64,000 nucleotides of DNA from Terriglobia bacterium (GTDB lineage Bacteria; Acidobacteriota; Terriglobia; 20CM-2-55-15), in assembly GCA_963664115.2 (NCBI GenBank), contig CAXWPJ010000002.1:96001-160000 (forward strand), given 5' to 3'. Of this stretch, positions 29,669 to 40,289 are shown in pieces; position 1 is the stretch's first letter; every line of letters starts with the position of its first letter. The notes beneath the pieces are model-generated. The model had not been told where the DNA came from, ran no database searches, and saw nothing but the letters and a program-made list of their open reading frames with translations. The position numbers and the translations under genes are program-made.

Positions 29669-30569
29669 CCTTCTTCATGATCAATCCCAGTTCCGATGCG
29701 ATCCGGCCCAGCGCGTCCCGCGTCTGGGGAGAGGCTTCGGTCAGCGGCAGACGGCAGGTGTCTGCGAGGAGCCCCATCATTGCGAGGACGGCCTTTACGG
29801 GTATCGGGTTGCTCTCTAAAAAATTCGCCCGCATTAAAGGAAGCAGACGGTAATGCAGCGCACGGGCGCGCTCTAAATCTCCCTCCAGGGCACGATCGAC
29901 CATCTCCCCATACAACGCAGGTACCTCGTTGGAAACAACCGAAACCGCTCCGTCCCCCCCCGCCGCGATCATGGGCAGAGTCAGTGCATCGTCGCCGGAA
30001 AGCACCCGAAAGCCTTCCTTTCGGCAGCGGAGGATCTCCATGATCTGCGGGAAATCCCCGGAGGCTTCTTTAACGGCAACGATGCCGGGCAGCTCAGCCA
30101 AGCGCAAAGTGGTCTCAGCGTTGATGTTTCCACTCGTTCTTCCGGGCACGTTGTAAACAACGACAGGGAGATCGTTGACCTCAGTCACCGCCTTGAAGTG
30201 CTCGAAATATCCTTCCTGCGTCGGCTTGTTGTAGTAGGGACCTACGGAAAGAACGGCGTCCGCGCCAAGTTTCGCAGCGCGCTGGGTCAATCGCTGTGCA
30301 CGGGCCGTCGAGTTGCATCCGGCGCCCGCAATCACCAGAACCCGGCCAGCGACCAACTCGACCACACGTGCGATCACCCTCTCCCACTCGTCGCTTTCCA
30401 GCGTCGCTCCTTCGCCGGTCGTACCGCAGGGCAGAATCATGTCGACGCCGCCTTCGACCTGGAACTCGACCAACCGGGCGAGAGCATCCTCGTCCACGCT
30501 CAGGTCCTGGCGAAAAGGCGTTACGAGAGCGGTTCCTGTGCCTTGAAATTTTTCTTTAGATATCGTCAT
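29637..30569 (-). CDS. dapA: 4-hydroxy-tetrahydrodipicolinate synthase
   Basis: GTTGE, PYYNKP, YNVPGRT and KEASG motifs. Confidence 0.95.
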   Translation of the reverse strand: MTISKEKFQGTGTALVTPFRQDLSVDEDALARLVEFQVEGGVDMILPCGTTGEGATLESDEWERVIARVVELVAGRVLVIAGAGCNSTARAQRLTQRAAKLGADAVLSVGPYYNKPTQEGYFEHFKAVTEVNDLPVVVYNVPGRTSGNINAETTLRLAELPGIVAVKEASGDFPQIMEILRCRKEGFRVLSGDDALTLPMIAAGGDGAVSVVSNEVPALYGEMVDRALEGDLERARALHYRLLPLMRANFLESNPIPVKAVLAMMGLLADTCRLPLTEASPQTRDALGRIASELGLIMKKGANGEKGANA

Positions 30570-30591
30570 TTATCTATTTGATTTAATGATA

Positions 30592-31302
30592 CTAAATGTC
30601 CACGTCGTCCATCGTAAACACGCCTTTTTTCCCTCGAACCCACCGGGCGGCCCGTAGCGCTCCCATCGCGAAACCTATCCGGTTTTTGGCAGTGTGACGC
30701 AATTCAATCATATCCCCTTCCGAGTCGAAGCCCACGATGTGAGTGCCTGCCATTGTCCCGGCCCGGAGGGAGGAAATCTGAAGCGCCTCTTTCCCGATGC
30801 CACCCGGGGGCGTACCTTCCACAGTTCTGGTTTTGCGCTCGATCTCCTCGAGCAGGATCTCCGAGATGCGAAGCGCTGTCCCACTGGGACTATCGACCTT
30901 GCCCCTGTGATGTTTCTCTTCAACGAATACATCGTACTCGGGCAGCGATTCCATCAACTGGGCCGCTCTTTCGAGAATCCGGTAAAACGCGTTCACTCCT
31001 ATCGAGAAATTCTGCGCGTACACGAGCGCGGAATCTGTAAACCAACTGCGCACTTCGTCGAGATGGTCATACCATCCTGTCGTTCCGACGACGATGTCTA
31101 CGCCGCCGTCTGCCGCCAGTTTCATATTCTCCATGACCGTCTCAGGTGTCGAAAACTCGATGCACACCTCTGCTTTTTGGAGGCCCTCAGCGTTTGGAAG
31201 AGGGTCCAGGTCGAACTTCGACACGATCTGGTCACCCGCCTGGAGCGCCAGGCGTTCGACCTCACGGCCCATCTTCCCGTAACCAATCAGAGCTATTTTC
31301 AT
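30592..31302 (-). CDS. dapB: 4-hydroxy-tetrahydrodipicolinate reductase
   Basis: GYGKMG, VGTTG and EKHHRGKVDSPSGTA motifs. Confidence 0.95.
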   Translation of the reverse strand: MKIALIGYGKMGREVERLALQAGDQIVSKFDLDPLPNAEGLQKAEVCIEFSTPETVMENMKLAADGGVDIVVGTTGWYDHLDEVRSWFTDSALVYAQNFSIGVNAFYRILERAAQLMESLPEYDVFVEEKHHRGKVDSPSGTALRISEILLEEIERKTRTVEGTPPGGIGKEALQISSLRAGTMAGTHIVGFDSEGDMIELRHTAKNRIGFAMGALRAARWVRGKKGVFTMDDVDI

Positions 31303-31323
31303 GATCGCGGTCCTGCCGCTCCG

Positions 31324-32316
31324 CTACTTGAGAAGGGTTCGCGCCAATCGATCGTATAACTCGACACCTTCGAGCAGGTCGCGCTTGAATATTTTCTCGT
31401 GCGCTGTGTGCGCGTCGAGTATGGAACCCGGACCGATCAGGAGAGGCTTGCCCAGGTTGCCCAAATACGGGATGTCGCTGCCAAATGAAACGACGGTCTG
31501 ATCAAAACCTTCAACGACGTGCATGTGTTGGGGTGCGGACGCTGCCAGAACGTCAATCACGGCCCGGTTGTGGACCGCTCGGCCCAGCCGCAGGCGGGCA
31601 TCAGGAACATCCTCGACCGTTCTCAGCATTATCGAAGCCGTCGCCGTGGCCGCGAGAATGTTTGCCGCCGTCCCTCCGCCGATCACGCCGATGTTGCATG
31701 ACCCTGCACCGAGAGTTGGATCCTCTCCCCAATCGGTGCCCACGCAGTCATGTAATACATCGATGAGCCTATGAACAGCCGATATACCCGCCTCAGGATA
31801 ACCCGAATGAGCCGCCTGGCCCCGAACACTCAAGTCTGCGAGTAGAGTTCCCTTCTGAGCCCGCGCCAGTTTGTTTTCGGTCGGCTCCCCGACAATGACA
31901 AACTCAGAAGACCAATCCAATCCGTTGGCCGCTTTCGCACCATCGCCTCCCGTCTCCTCGCCCACAAGGAGAAGAAATGCGAAATTCCGGATTCCATCCG
32001 CTCGCAAGCGCTCACCTGCAGCGAACATCGCAGCAAAGATGCCCTTCGTGTCACAAGCACCCCGTCCATACAACGCTTCTTCATCTTCGGAGACATCCAA
32101 GACAGGCGGAACGGTGTCGATGTGCGTACAGAAAACGACCCTCGGATCTTCACCGGCATAGGCGAGGACATTGAAGCGATCGTCGCCCACAGACTGGGTT
32201 TTTACGCGGTATTCCTGTTTTTCAAGAAAAGAACTGAGGAAGCGGCCAACGTCCCCTTCGGTCCCTGTGACCGAGGAAATTGCCATCAATTGCTTCGTCA
32301 ATTCAAAAGGAGTCAT
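31324..32316 (-). CDS. M20 metallo-hydrolase (DapE/ArgE-like)
   Basis: THIDTV, GRGACDTKG, GEE and GEPT motifs; first gene of the dap operon. Confidence 0.88.
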   Translation of the reverse strand: MTPFELTKQLMAISSVTGTEGDVGRFLSSFLEKQEYRVKTQSVGDDRFNVLAYAGEDPRVVFCTHIDTVPPVLDVSEDEEALYGRGACDTKGIFAAMFAAGERLRADGIRNFAFLLLVGEETGGDGAKAANGLDWSSEFVIVGEPTENKLARAQKGTLLADLSVRGQAAHSGYPEAGISAVHRLIDVLHDCVGTDWGEDPTLGAGSCNIGVIGGGTAANILAATATASIMLRTVEDVPDARLRLGRAVHNRAVIDVLAASAPQHMHVVEGFDQTVVSFGSDIPYLGNLGKPLLIGPGSILDAHTAHEKIFKRDLLEGVELYDRLARTLLK

Positions 32317-32395
32317 AGCAGGACAATCGTAAATATCGAATACATTCCCTCGCCCGAGGCGTTCATTATAGATCGGTATCGATTACAATCGGTGC

Positions 32396-32731
32396 GTGAT
32401 TACCGAAGCGGAATTTACCCAATCCAGCGATGCAGTCCTCGAAGCGCTCAATCGCTCCATGGACACCATCGCCGACGACCACGACGTCGAAATCCTGTTT
32501 CAGAGCGGTGTCCTGTCACTGGAGATCGAAGCGCCGACCGTATCGAAAATAATCGTGAGCCCCAACAGTTCCGCCCGTCAAATCTGGATCTCAGCCCAAT
32601 CGACCAGTTTCAAGTTGGACTGGTCTCCGGACAACGCCGCTTTCATCTTCCCTGCCACCGGAGAGCCTCTCGACGTACTCATAGGCCGACTTGTGGGTGA
32701 GGAGCTCGGCGTCGGCCCGATACACCTGTAA
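32396..32731 (+). CDS. cyaY: Iron donor protein CyaY (frataxin)
   Basis: GVLSLE and RQIWISA..SFKLDW motifs; acidic N-terminal helix. Confidence 0.82.
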   Translation: MITEAEFTQSSDAVLEALNRSMDTIADDHDVEILFQSGVLSLEIEAPTVSKIIVSPNSSARQIWISAQSTSFKLDWSPDNAAFIFPATGEPLDVLIGRLVGEELGVGPIHL

Positions 32732-32770
32732 CACAACCTCTTCTAACCAGCAGAGAACCTGAGGCATATC

Positions 32771-33266
32771 TCAAGGGTTTCGATGTATCCAGAATGCGAC
32801 AAGGAGGCTCAGGCCCGTTTTGGCAAAGTCCACGAGGGAATAGGCGGCATGAATCAAACCGAAGGTGTTCAGCTCGGGTGGAGGCGGATCGCGCGGAACA
32901 AAGTCGAGGGCCCGCCCCACTGAAACAATCGGAGGCGTCAAACCGAGGGTAAGAACCACGGCGAGGATGCACATGGCGCACGCGCCCACACGGACTCGCT
33001 TCGACTCTGAATGCCACACCAACCACAGCAGTAACGCACCCATACCAATCTGGACAATTCCCCAGGCAATGAAAAACAGACGGTTCAATTCGGATGAAAC
33101 GTATCGCATAAACTCCCGCGCCACATCGCTGCCCAGCGACGCGACGACGTCGTTAAACCCCCTGAACCAGTCCCGCTGCCAAAAGGCGATCGATCAGATA
33201 GAAATTCTGCGTGGCCACAACAGCCATGAAGATCGATCCCATGACCCAGGCCCCGATCAGGGCTAG
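32771..33266 (-). pseudogene. DUF4149-like membrane protein; 5' end cut by IS1380 and frameshifted near 33158
   Basis: LALIGAWVMGSIFMAVVATQNF.. shifts frame at GGGGG into ..RYVSSELNRLFF..FGLIH. Confidence 0.7.
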
Positions 33267-33267
33267 T

Positions 33268-35114
33268 CCCAAAACAAGCGCATAACCAGTCCGCCGAGGC
33301 CCAGTTCGCGCCGATAGAATTCGAGGCATAGAATCCCGTTCCCGGATGGCCTGTTCCAGGTATCGAGTTTCTGTTGAATCTGTTTCAGTTCAGCCTCGCT
33401 GGTGTTGGACGGTTGACAGAAACCGGGACCTCGATCGCCCGGGCTCAGAGTCATGATCGGGTCAACATCGCAGAGGCTGACGCAACACATCCACCCCGCG
33501 GAACAAGACCGGCAACCACCGGTTCCAGGCCAGGATCCGGAACAGAATGCGCCGCCCGGTGCGCACGAGTTGGCACGGCACAAGCATGAAAGCGTTCAAG
33601 AAGGTTTTGAACTCCATGCGCAGCACGGTTTGCTTCTCAGCCTGATATTTTTGGCCCCAACGTCCGGTTTCGGGAAGCAGCAATGCAAACCACGCTTTCA
33701 GTGTCCAGGCCAGTGACGCGATCACCATGTAGGCCCAGTTGCTGGTCTGATCTCCGACCGGCATCCGCAACGCCTGAACGCCGTTCTTCAACTGCTCAAT
33801 GAGATTCTCCTGATTGCACCGTTGATTGGCACGCATCACAATCTGGTCGGCCGGATCCGAACGGTTGGTAATGTAGAAGAAGTACCGGATGTCGTCAAAC
33901 AACACCTGCTCTCCTTTGGCCACCGACAGATTCTTCCGCACCACGACGACACGGTAGTCCCGATCGCAGGCTCCGGGTCGATACCGAAACTCGGCCACAT
34001 CCTCACCCTGCAAGCGGATATTGTCGAAACCGCGCTGCCGAACGATCTCTTCCTTCACGTTGTCGGGACGTTGGCGCGGTTCGGTCGCCACGTCGTATTT
34101 CGCGGGCCGTTCCAGGCGCTTCCACTGGCGCGGCTCCAGTTCATCGGCCCGGGCCTTCAGGTTCGCCATCGCGTCAATCCCGAATATGAAACCCACCTGC
34201 TGGTCGTCCCATCCGTCCAGATGCCGGGTCTGGCTGAAGTCCGTGTCCCCGCGCAGCAGGATCTGGCGAAACCCCGCATGCCGGCACAATGCGATGGCTT
34301 GGTCGAACCGGACCGCGGCTCCTTCATGCGACGGCCGGTTGCCGCTACGATTGACCAGATACAGCGGTTCGGCGGTGTTGGCCAGCGAGATCATCAGCGG
34401 GTGATATCCCCACGTCCCGTCGTAGGCCACGTCCATCCCTTGCTTGCATTCCCCCGTGGTTTCGGCCAGTGTCCCGTCCGCGTCCAACACCGCTTCTTCG
34501 AAAAACGCCGCCGGTTGCTGTCGCCAGACTCCGAGCCGGACTTGATTGGTTGCCTCCATCAGACACTCCACGTCGTCGGCCTCGAATCTCCGGCAGAAGT
34601 CTCCCGCCGTCGTCGGATCCGGAATCCGTTGCGCTCCCAGCGCATCCAGATACACCGCATCGTTGCGCCGCAGTTCGATGTCTTCCAGGCACGTTCCTCC
34701 GCTCAAGGCGTTGTAGGCGATGTTCAGCACGTGATCCGACTCGTGATACGGCAGGTGCCGCTTCAACACATGCACGCCCTTGTCGATGGCTTCGATCAGC
34801 CCGGTCCGCCGCGCCACCAGTTGCATCGTCCCGATACCACCAACCGATGTGCCCCGCGTCCGCTCTCCCATCTCGTACTGAATGTTGCTCGCCGAAAACA
34901 TCGGCTCTACCTGATCCGTCCAATGCCGGTCCCCAAGCCGACGTTCGATTCGCCGCTTGCGGTTCCTCATGTTCTTGCGCGTATAATCGTTCATCTGAAA
35001 TGCCTCCTTTTCCGAAGAATCTGTTCAAGGTTTTTTTCGCACGGAGAGGGGGCATTTCGGGTACTTCCGCTCTTATTGCACTATCATTTCCTCGTCAATC
35101 ACGCTTGTTCAGGG
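33268..35114 (-). mobile_element. IS1380-family element, copy 2
   Basis: CTAGT duplicated at 33263-33267 and 35115-35119. Confidence 0.95.
33462..34994 (-). CDS. IS1380 transposase
   Basis: Protein identical to the other copies. Confidence 0.93.
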   Translation of the reverse strand: MNDYTRKNMRNRKRRIERRLGDRHWTDQVEPMFSASNIQYEMGERTRGTSVGGIGTMQLVARRTGLIEAIDKGVHVLKRHLPYHESDHVLNIAYNALSGGTCLEDIELRRNDAVYLDALGAQRIPDPTTAGDFCRRFEADDVECLMEATNQVRLGVWRQQPAAFFEEAVLDADGTLAETTGECKQGMDVAYDGTWGYHPLMISLANTAEPLYLVNRSGNRPSHEGAAVRFDQAIALCRHAGFRQILLRGDTDFSQTRHLDGWDDQQVGFIFGIDAMANLKARADELEPRQWKRLERPAKYDVATEPRQRPDNVKEEIVRQRGFDNIRLQGEDVAEFRYRPGACDRDYRVVVVRKNLSVAKGEQVLFDDIRYFFYITNRSDPADQIVMRANQRCNQENLIEQLKNGVQALRMPVGDQTSNWAYMVIASLAWTLKAWFALLLPETGRWGQKYQAEKQTVLRMEFKTFLNAFMLVPCQLVRTGRRILFRILAWNRWLPVLFRGVDVLRQPLRC

Positions 35115-35143
35115 CTAGTGCAGCGTCGCGTTTTTTTCCTAAA

Positions 35144-35239
35144 GCCACAGGCGTTTACTTATTGAAGTCACAGACGAATTTTTGATAAAACCACAGGCGG
35201 TTTTTTACTCGAGCCACGGGCGTTAATGTCGCTTGTGGC
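35144..35239. repeat. GCCACAGGCG-like motif array, 23-bp period, plus one inverted copy
   Basis: Copies at 35144, 35167, 35190 and 35213; inverted copy at 35230. Confidence 0.8.
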
Positions 35240-35247
35240 TGACTAAG

Positions 35248-35976
35248 CTAACGGCGGCGTATCAGGCCCTTGGCATTCAAGGCGAATCCGTCGGGGAGAG
35301 TCTCCTCGATTTTCGGACGGAAACCCTTAACAGGCCATTCCTGATCTGAAAAAATCTCTGCGATCTGCCGGCGAATCCGCGGTCTATCCTCGGCCTCAAG
35401 GAACACTTCAAGGAGACGCTCACGGACAGTCTGGCCGAGGCTGGCCAGAGCTTCAATCGCCACGATCCGCACGTCGTCATCAGAATCTACGAGAAAGGTC
35501 TGGAGCGTCGCGCTCATTTCTTCGGTGACATGACCCTGGATGGCCCGAAGCAGGCTGACCCGATGCTCGGACGCCGTGAATTCACTTTCAGCGACAGTCT
35601 CGATAATCTCGATGAGATGGTCAATCAATTCCTTTTCAGGGAGGATCCGCGCCAAAGCCTGCACGGGCCAGTCCACCTGGTGATGAATTTTCATGAAACG
35701 GAGAATAGGCCCGACGGCTTCGGGTCCTTTCTCGACAAGCATCTCGACGACCATCCTCTTTTCTTCGACATCTTGTGTGATGACAAGGCTCGATATCGTG
35801 AATCGCTTGACCAGACCTAGAATGGCCTCGGGAGTTCCCCACTCAAACAGGCGTTCGGCCGCTTCGATCCTGGGACCTTCCTCCCCGTGAGGTTCGGTCA
35901 GCCTTTTAACGGCACGGTCGATTTGCTTTTGCGAGAGACCGCCTCGTCTGAACAGGTCAAACATATTGATGAACAA
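35248..35976 (-). CDS. HEAT/PBS-lyase repeat protein
   Basis: LVDSDDDVRIVAIEALASLG-type helical repeats. Confidence 0.75.
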   Translation of the reverse strand: MFINMFDLFRRGGLSQKQIDRAVKRLTEPHGEEGPRIEAAERLFEWGTPEAILGLVKRFTISSLVITQDVEEKRMVVEMLVEKGPEAVGPILRFMKIHHQVDWPVQALARILPEKELIDHLIEIIETVAESEFTASEHRVSLLRAIQGHVTEEMSATLQTFLVDSDDDVRIVAIEALASLGQTVRERLLEVFLEAEDRPRIRRQIAEIFSDQEWPVKGFRPKIEETLPDGFALNAKGLIRRR

Positions 35977-35983
35977 TGGCGAA

Positions 35984-36015
35984 CGCCTGTGGCCCGAATC
36001 AAAAACGCCTGTGGC
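35984..36015. repeat. Two CGCCTGTGGC copies, inverted relative to the 35144 array
   Basis: At 35984 and 36006, 22-bp spacing. Confidence 0.8.
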
Positions 36016-36061
36016 TCGAATTAATTATGCTTACTGACGGATGGATCGTCGATCAGTCCAG

Positions 36062-36859
36062 CTAATCCCCTATGCGCGTCAGGGAAAAGGGATCAATCCG
36101 TGCGTTCTGGATACGAAAACCCCAGTGAAGATGGGGTCCGGTAACCCGACCCGTCGCGCCAACCAAACCCACGACCTCGCCCCCCTCGATCATCTGACCG
36201 GGTTCGACGTCAATTTGCGACAAATGAAGGTAAACCGAATATATGCCCAAACCGTGATCGACGACCACCGTATTTCCATTAAAGAAGTAGTCCCCTGTCT
36301 CCACGACCCGCCCACGACTCGTGGAACGAATCGGGGTACCCGCTGCCGCGGAAATGTCGGCACCGGAATGAGGATTCCTGGGCTGGTCGTTAAAAACACG
36401 CCGGTGACCAAAATTACTGCCCTGAGCATTTGGAATCGGGACGACGAAACCGTCATCCCAAAGAATGTCCGGCGTGATCTGAGCAAAAACCTGGCCCAGT
36501 CTCTGGCTCTCTCTCCTGGACCGTTCCAGGTTTTCAGGACTCAACTCGACGAAACGGGGTTCGACTGTGAGGCGGGTTATCGGGAAAGACTTGGGCTCGA
36601 CACGGATCGCTTCATCAAGCACCTCGCGTCTTCCGTCCGAATATCGAAACGTCACCGGTGCCGGGTAGTCTCCGGCACCAAGATCCAGGTCCGCACCGAT
36701 AATCGCTACCCATCCATTGCCCGACCGGATCAATGGGATCGTCCGGTTCCGCCACTGCACTGCGACATGATCCAAGCCATCCTCGTTCGGATATTCCAGC
36801 AGCAGCGCGTCGCCCTGCACCACTGAGAACACCGTCAGCATGAGAGCCAGAAAGGACAT
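36062..36859 (-). CDS. M23 family metallopeptidase
   Basis: HSGAD, YLHLS and TGRVTGPHLHW motifs. Confidence 0.92.
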   Translation of the reverse strand: MSFLALMLTVFSVVQGDALLLEYPNEDGLDHVAVQWRNRTIPLIRSGNGWVAIIGADLDLGAGDYPAPVTFRYSDGRREVLDEAIRVEPKSFPITRLTVEPRFVELSPENLERSRRESQRLGQVFAQITPDILWDDGFVVPIPNAQGSNFGHRRVFNDQPRNPHSGADISAAAGTPIRSTSRGRVVETGDYFFNGNTVVVDHGLGIYSVYLHLSQIDVEPGQMIEGGEVVGLVGATGRVTGPHLHWGFRIQNARIDPFSLTRIGD

Positions 36860-36996
36860 ATCACCTCCAAACGCATGACCCGGATCGGAAGACAGCTCGT
36901 CCCGGCCGGTCTAGCCTGTAGTTTACGCCCATCCCCGGGAAAGATCAGGTCCCCACCCGTGTCCGGTCAGGAGCCTCGTGTTGAGATCCTGACTCT

Positions 36997-39207
36997 TTGC
37001 GCACGTTTGTGCTTATTATGGATCTCGTGTCGCGTGCTGAGGAAAACAAACTCCTGACCCTTGAGGACATTTACGATCCCGGCAGGAAGGGGATTTTCGA
37101 GGGCAAATCATCAAGCCTGCGAAAATGGGTCAGCGACGACCACTACCTGGAACTCATCAACCATGAAGACAAGAACGACGAAGAAAATTCACTCTGGAGG
37201 CGCATTGATGCCCGAACGGGTGAGGGCGTCGCACTCTATGACCTCGCCGTCATGCGGGCGGCTATTGAGGAGTCCGCTGGTGTTAGTGCCTCAGACGCGG
37301 CTGAAATGTCCCGGCCGTCGAAGCATCGTTTGAACTCCGACCAGACCGCCGCACTAATCGAACACAATGGCACGCTGGCCTACTACCGGTTCGGGTCCGA
37401 TCGCATCACACGATGCAACACCGACATCGACATGGAGGCAGGCGCGGTTTTCAGCCCGAACGACACCTGGATCAGCTACATCAAGAACGACAACATTCAT
37501 GTCACCAACGTCCTGAACGAAACGACCCATGCACTCACGACCCGTGGCGGTGGTTCAGTTCTCGCCGGCCGCCTGGACTGGGTTTACCAGGAAGAGCTCT
37601 ACGGCCGGGGTAACTTCACCGGTCACTGGTGGAGCCCGGACGCGACACACATCGCGTTTCTGGAGTTGGATACGTCCCAGGTCCGGGAGCATTGGATTCC
37701 CGATCACGTGTCGAACCAGCAGGATCAAAAAATCCACTACCCGAGGGCCGGCGAAGCAAATTCAACGGTCCGTTTGGGTGTGGTGAGTGTTCCAGACGGT
37801 CAAACACGTTGGCTCGACACATCCAAATATGACTCGATCGACCACTTGATTGTCCGCGTCGCCTGGGCAGCGGACGGGTCCTATATCATGTTTCAAGTAC
37901 AGGACAGGGAACAGCAATGGTTGGACCTGGTTAGAGCCGACCCCAAAACGGGTCAGGTCCGTACCATCTTCCGAGAAACGACACCTGCGTGGGTCGAGGT
38001 CCTCGATAACCCACACTGGCTCGATGACGGTTCCTTTGTCTGGCTTTCAGAGCGTTCCGGATGGCGTCACATTTACCACTACAATGAAATCCAGGATTCG
38101 CCGAAACCCGTCACTTCCGGCGATTGGGATGTGCGTAAAATCTATGGAATCGACACGGTTCAGCACTGGATCTATTTTTCGGCCACCGAACACAGCCCCA
38201 TCGCTGCCCACACCTACCGGATTCGTCCCGACGGTACCGGTTTAGAACGGCTCACGGATCGCGACGGCACACACGCGTCCACGTTTTCCCCGACGTTTCG
38301 ATATTTTATCGACTCCTGGTCAAACGCAGTCACACCTCCCGAAGTTCGCCTCCATCGTGTTCTTCACCAGGGCGACGACGAAACGGTAGACGAAGGGGAA
38401 ATTTTAAATACCCATTCGGTCGCCAATCTCAGCATCTATGCCTGGGGCCGAACCGAACTCACAAACGTGTCCGCGCGCGACGGATTCAAACTTCCAGGCA
38501 TCATGATCCGGCCTCCAGACTTTGACCCCAACCGCAAGTATCCCGTCCTGTGCCATGTCTACGGCGGCCCCATGACACCCAAGGTGCAGGACGGGTGGGG
38601 TGGGTCCATCCATGCGTGGCACCACATGCTGGCCCAGAGAGGAGCCATCGTTTGGGTCCTGGACAACCGGTCTTCGAGCGGCCGGGGCGCAGTTGCGTCC
38701 TGGACAATCTATCGCCGTTTCGGAGAGATGGAATTATCGGATCTTGAAGATGGCATCACCTGGCTTAAATCCCAACGTTATGTCGACCCGGAACGTCTGG
38801 GAATATGGGGCTGGAGTTTCGGTGGATACCTCACGGCCTACGCGATGACCCACGGTGCCCTGTTTCGGATGGGCATCGCCGGGGCACCGGTTACAGACTG
38901 GAACCTGTATGACAGCATTTACACCGAGCGCTACATGTCACGACCCTCAAACAATCCGGAAGGGTATAGAAACAGCTCAGTGCTTGAGGCCGCCGACAAA
39001 CTCCATGGCAAACTCCTGATCCTTCATGGCACGATGGACGACAACGTCCACATCGAACATTCCATGCAACTCGTTCATAAACTTCAGAAAGCCGGTAAGG
39101 ATTTCGAGACCATGTTCTATCCACAAGCCAAACACAAGATCGAGGATCGGAAACAGCTGTACCACATGCAGGGGGTGATGACGAATTTCGTGTTGGAGAA
39201 TCTCTGA
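36997..39207 (+). CDS. S9B dipeptidyl-peptidase IV
   Basis: DWVYQEE, GWSFGG and HGTMDDNVH motifs; start codon uncertain. Confidence 0.93.
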   Translation: MRTFVLIMDLVSRAEENKLLTLEDIYDPGRKGIFEGKSSSLRKWVSDDHYLELINHEDKNDEENSLWRRIDARTGEGVALYDLAVMRAAIEESAGVSASDAAEMSRPSKHRLNSDQTAALIEHNGTLAYYRFGSDRITRCNTDIDMEAGAVFSPNDTWISYIKNDNIHVTNVLNETTHALTTRGGGSVLAGRLDWVYQEELYGRGNFTGHWWSPDATHIAFLELDTSQVREHWIPDHVSNQQDQKIHYPRAGEANSTVRLGVVSVPDGQTRWLDTSKYDSIDHLIVRVAWAADGSYIMFQVQDREQQWLDLVRADPKTGQVRTIFRETTPAWVEVLDNPHWLDDGSFVWLSERSGWRHIYHYNEIQDSPKPVTSGDWDVRKIYGIDTVQHWIYFSATEHSPIAAHTYRIRPDGTGLERLTDRDGTHASTFSPTFRYFIDSWSNAVTPPEVRLHRVLHQGDDETVDEGEILNTHSVANLSIYAWGRTELTNVSARDGFKLPGIMIRPPDFDPNRKYPVLCHVYGGPMTPKVQDGWGGSIHAWHHMLAQRGAIVWVLDNRSSSGRGAVASWTIYRRFGEMELSDLEDGITWLKSQRYVDPERLGIWGWSFGGYLTAYAMTHGALFRMGIAGAPVTDWNLYDSIYTERYMSRPSNNPEGYRNSSVLEAADKLHGKLLILHGTMDDNVHIEHSMQLVHKLQKAGKDFETMFYPQAKHKIEDRKQLYHMQGVMTNFVLENL

Positions 39208-39335
39208 GACGTCAAAACATTTATTTTCTTGTGGAATACAGCTCACCATCCCTCCGGACGGGCGTCTCATATACTTTTTGGGCTTGGAATCATTTCAAAC
39301 GACAGACATGGCCTTTTCATGGAATAATTTAGCGT

Positions 39336-40058
39336 ATGGTTAGTGTTTCCGTATTGGGCGCTTTCGCGGCCGGCATCGTTTCGTTTCTTTCACCGTGTGT
39401 CCTCCCTCTGGTTCCCGGCTACATCTCCATCGTCTCCGGCGTTTCGCTGGAACAGTTGCAGGCGGACCGCAGTGCATCGATGACAAAGACGGTGGTGGCA
39501 AACTCTGTTTTCTTTATCCTTGGCTTCTCAACGACGTTCATCGCACTGGGTGCCTCAGCGACGTTCCTGGGCCAGGTCATCATGGGACAGATGGCGATCC
39601 TCTATCGAGTGGCGGGCATTGTCATCATCGTTTTCGGCCTCCACCTCATAGGCATCTTCAAGATCCCTTTCCTCTATCAGGATAAGCGCTTCCACAACGT
39701 CACCAAACCACGCGGCATGTTCGGCGCCTATGTTTTGGGCCTGGCTTTTGCATTTGGCTGGACGCCCTGCATCGGCCCGATTCTGGCAGGCATCCTGACC
39801 TTTGCCAGCACTAGGGAAACGGTTTATCAGGGCATATTTCTTTTGGCGGTCTATTCGGCCGGCCTGGGTTTGCCTTTTCTTCTGACCAGCCTGGGATTGA
39901 ATAAGTTCCTGTCTTTTTATGGCCGATTCAAGCATCATTTCCACACCGTCGAAATCGTCAGCGGCCTCCTTGTTGTTACGGTGGGTGTCCTGATTCTCAC
40001 CAACAACTTCACACGACTCTCGGGCTACCTCGGTTTTCTGAACCGCTTCGCGCTGTAA
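39336..40058 (+). CDS. ccdA: Cytochrome c biogenesis protein CcdA
   Basis: SFLSPCVLPLVPGY and GWTPCIGPIL motifs. Confidence 0.92.
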   Translation: MVSVSVLGAFAAGIVSFLSPCVLPLVPGYISIVSGVSLEQLQADRSASMTKTVVANSVFFILGFSTTFIALGASATFLGQVIMGQMAILYRVAGIVIIVFGLHLIGIFKIPFLYQDKRFHNVTKPRGMFGAYVLGLAFAFGWTPCIGPILAGILTFASTRETVYQGIFLLAVYSAGLGLPFLLTSLGLNKFLSFYGRFKHHFHTVEIVSGLLVVTVGVLILTNNFTRLSGYLGFLNRFAL

Positions 40059-40139
40059 TCGACACGCACTCTCACCTTCGGCCCTACCCCACCTCTTGTG
40101 ATTCTGGTTGTGATTCTGGTGTGTTAGAATCACGCGCCC

Positions 40140-40289
40140 ATGGACGAAATCCTGGAACGTCTCCTATCCAGCGCCGAAGAAACATTTGGTGCCGAACGCG
40201 TTCTAGCACTCAAGCCATTCCTCGAACAGGCGGCTTCGGACCTTTACGTCCTTTCGCTCTACCCGCTGGACTCCACCGATGACGCCTGA
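40140..40289 (+). CDS. 49-aa protein overlapping the amidase start (possible small partner subunit)
   Basis: Manual translation MDEILERLLSSAEETFGAERVLALKPFLEQAASDLYVLSLYPLDSTDDA*. Confidence 0.55.
   Translation: MDEILERLLSSAEETFGAERVLALKPFLEQAASDLYVLSLYPLDSTDDA

Noticed and set aside
35144-35239. CRISPR array
   Set aside because: Repeats are 10 bp and spacers 13 bp, far too short, and no cas genes are present.
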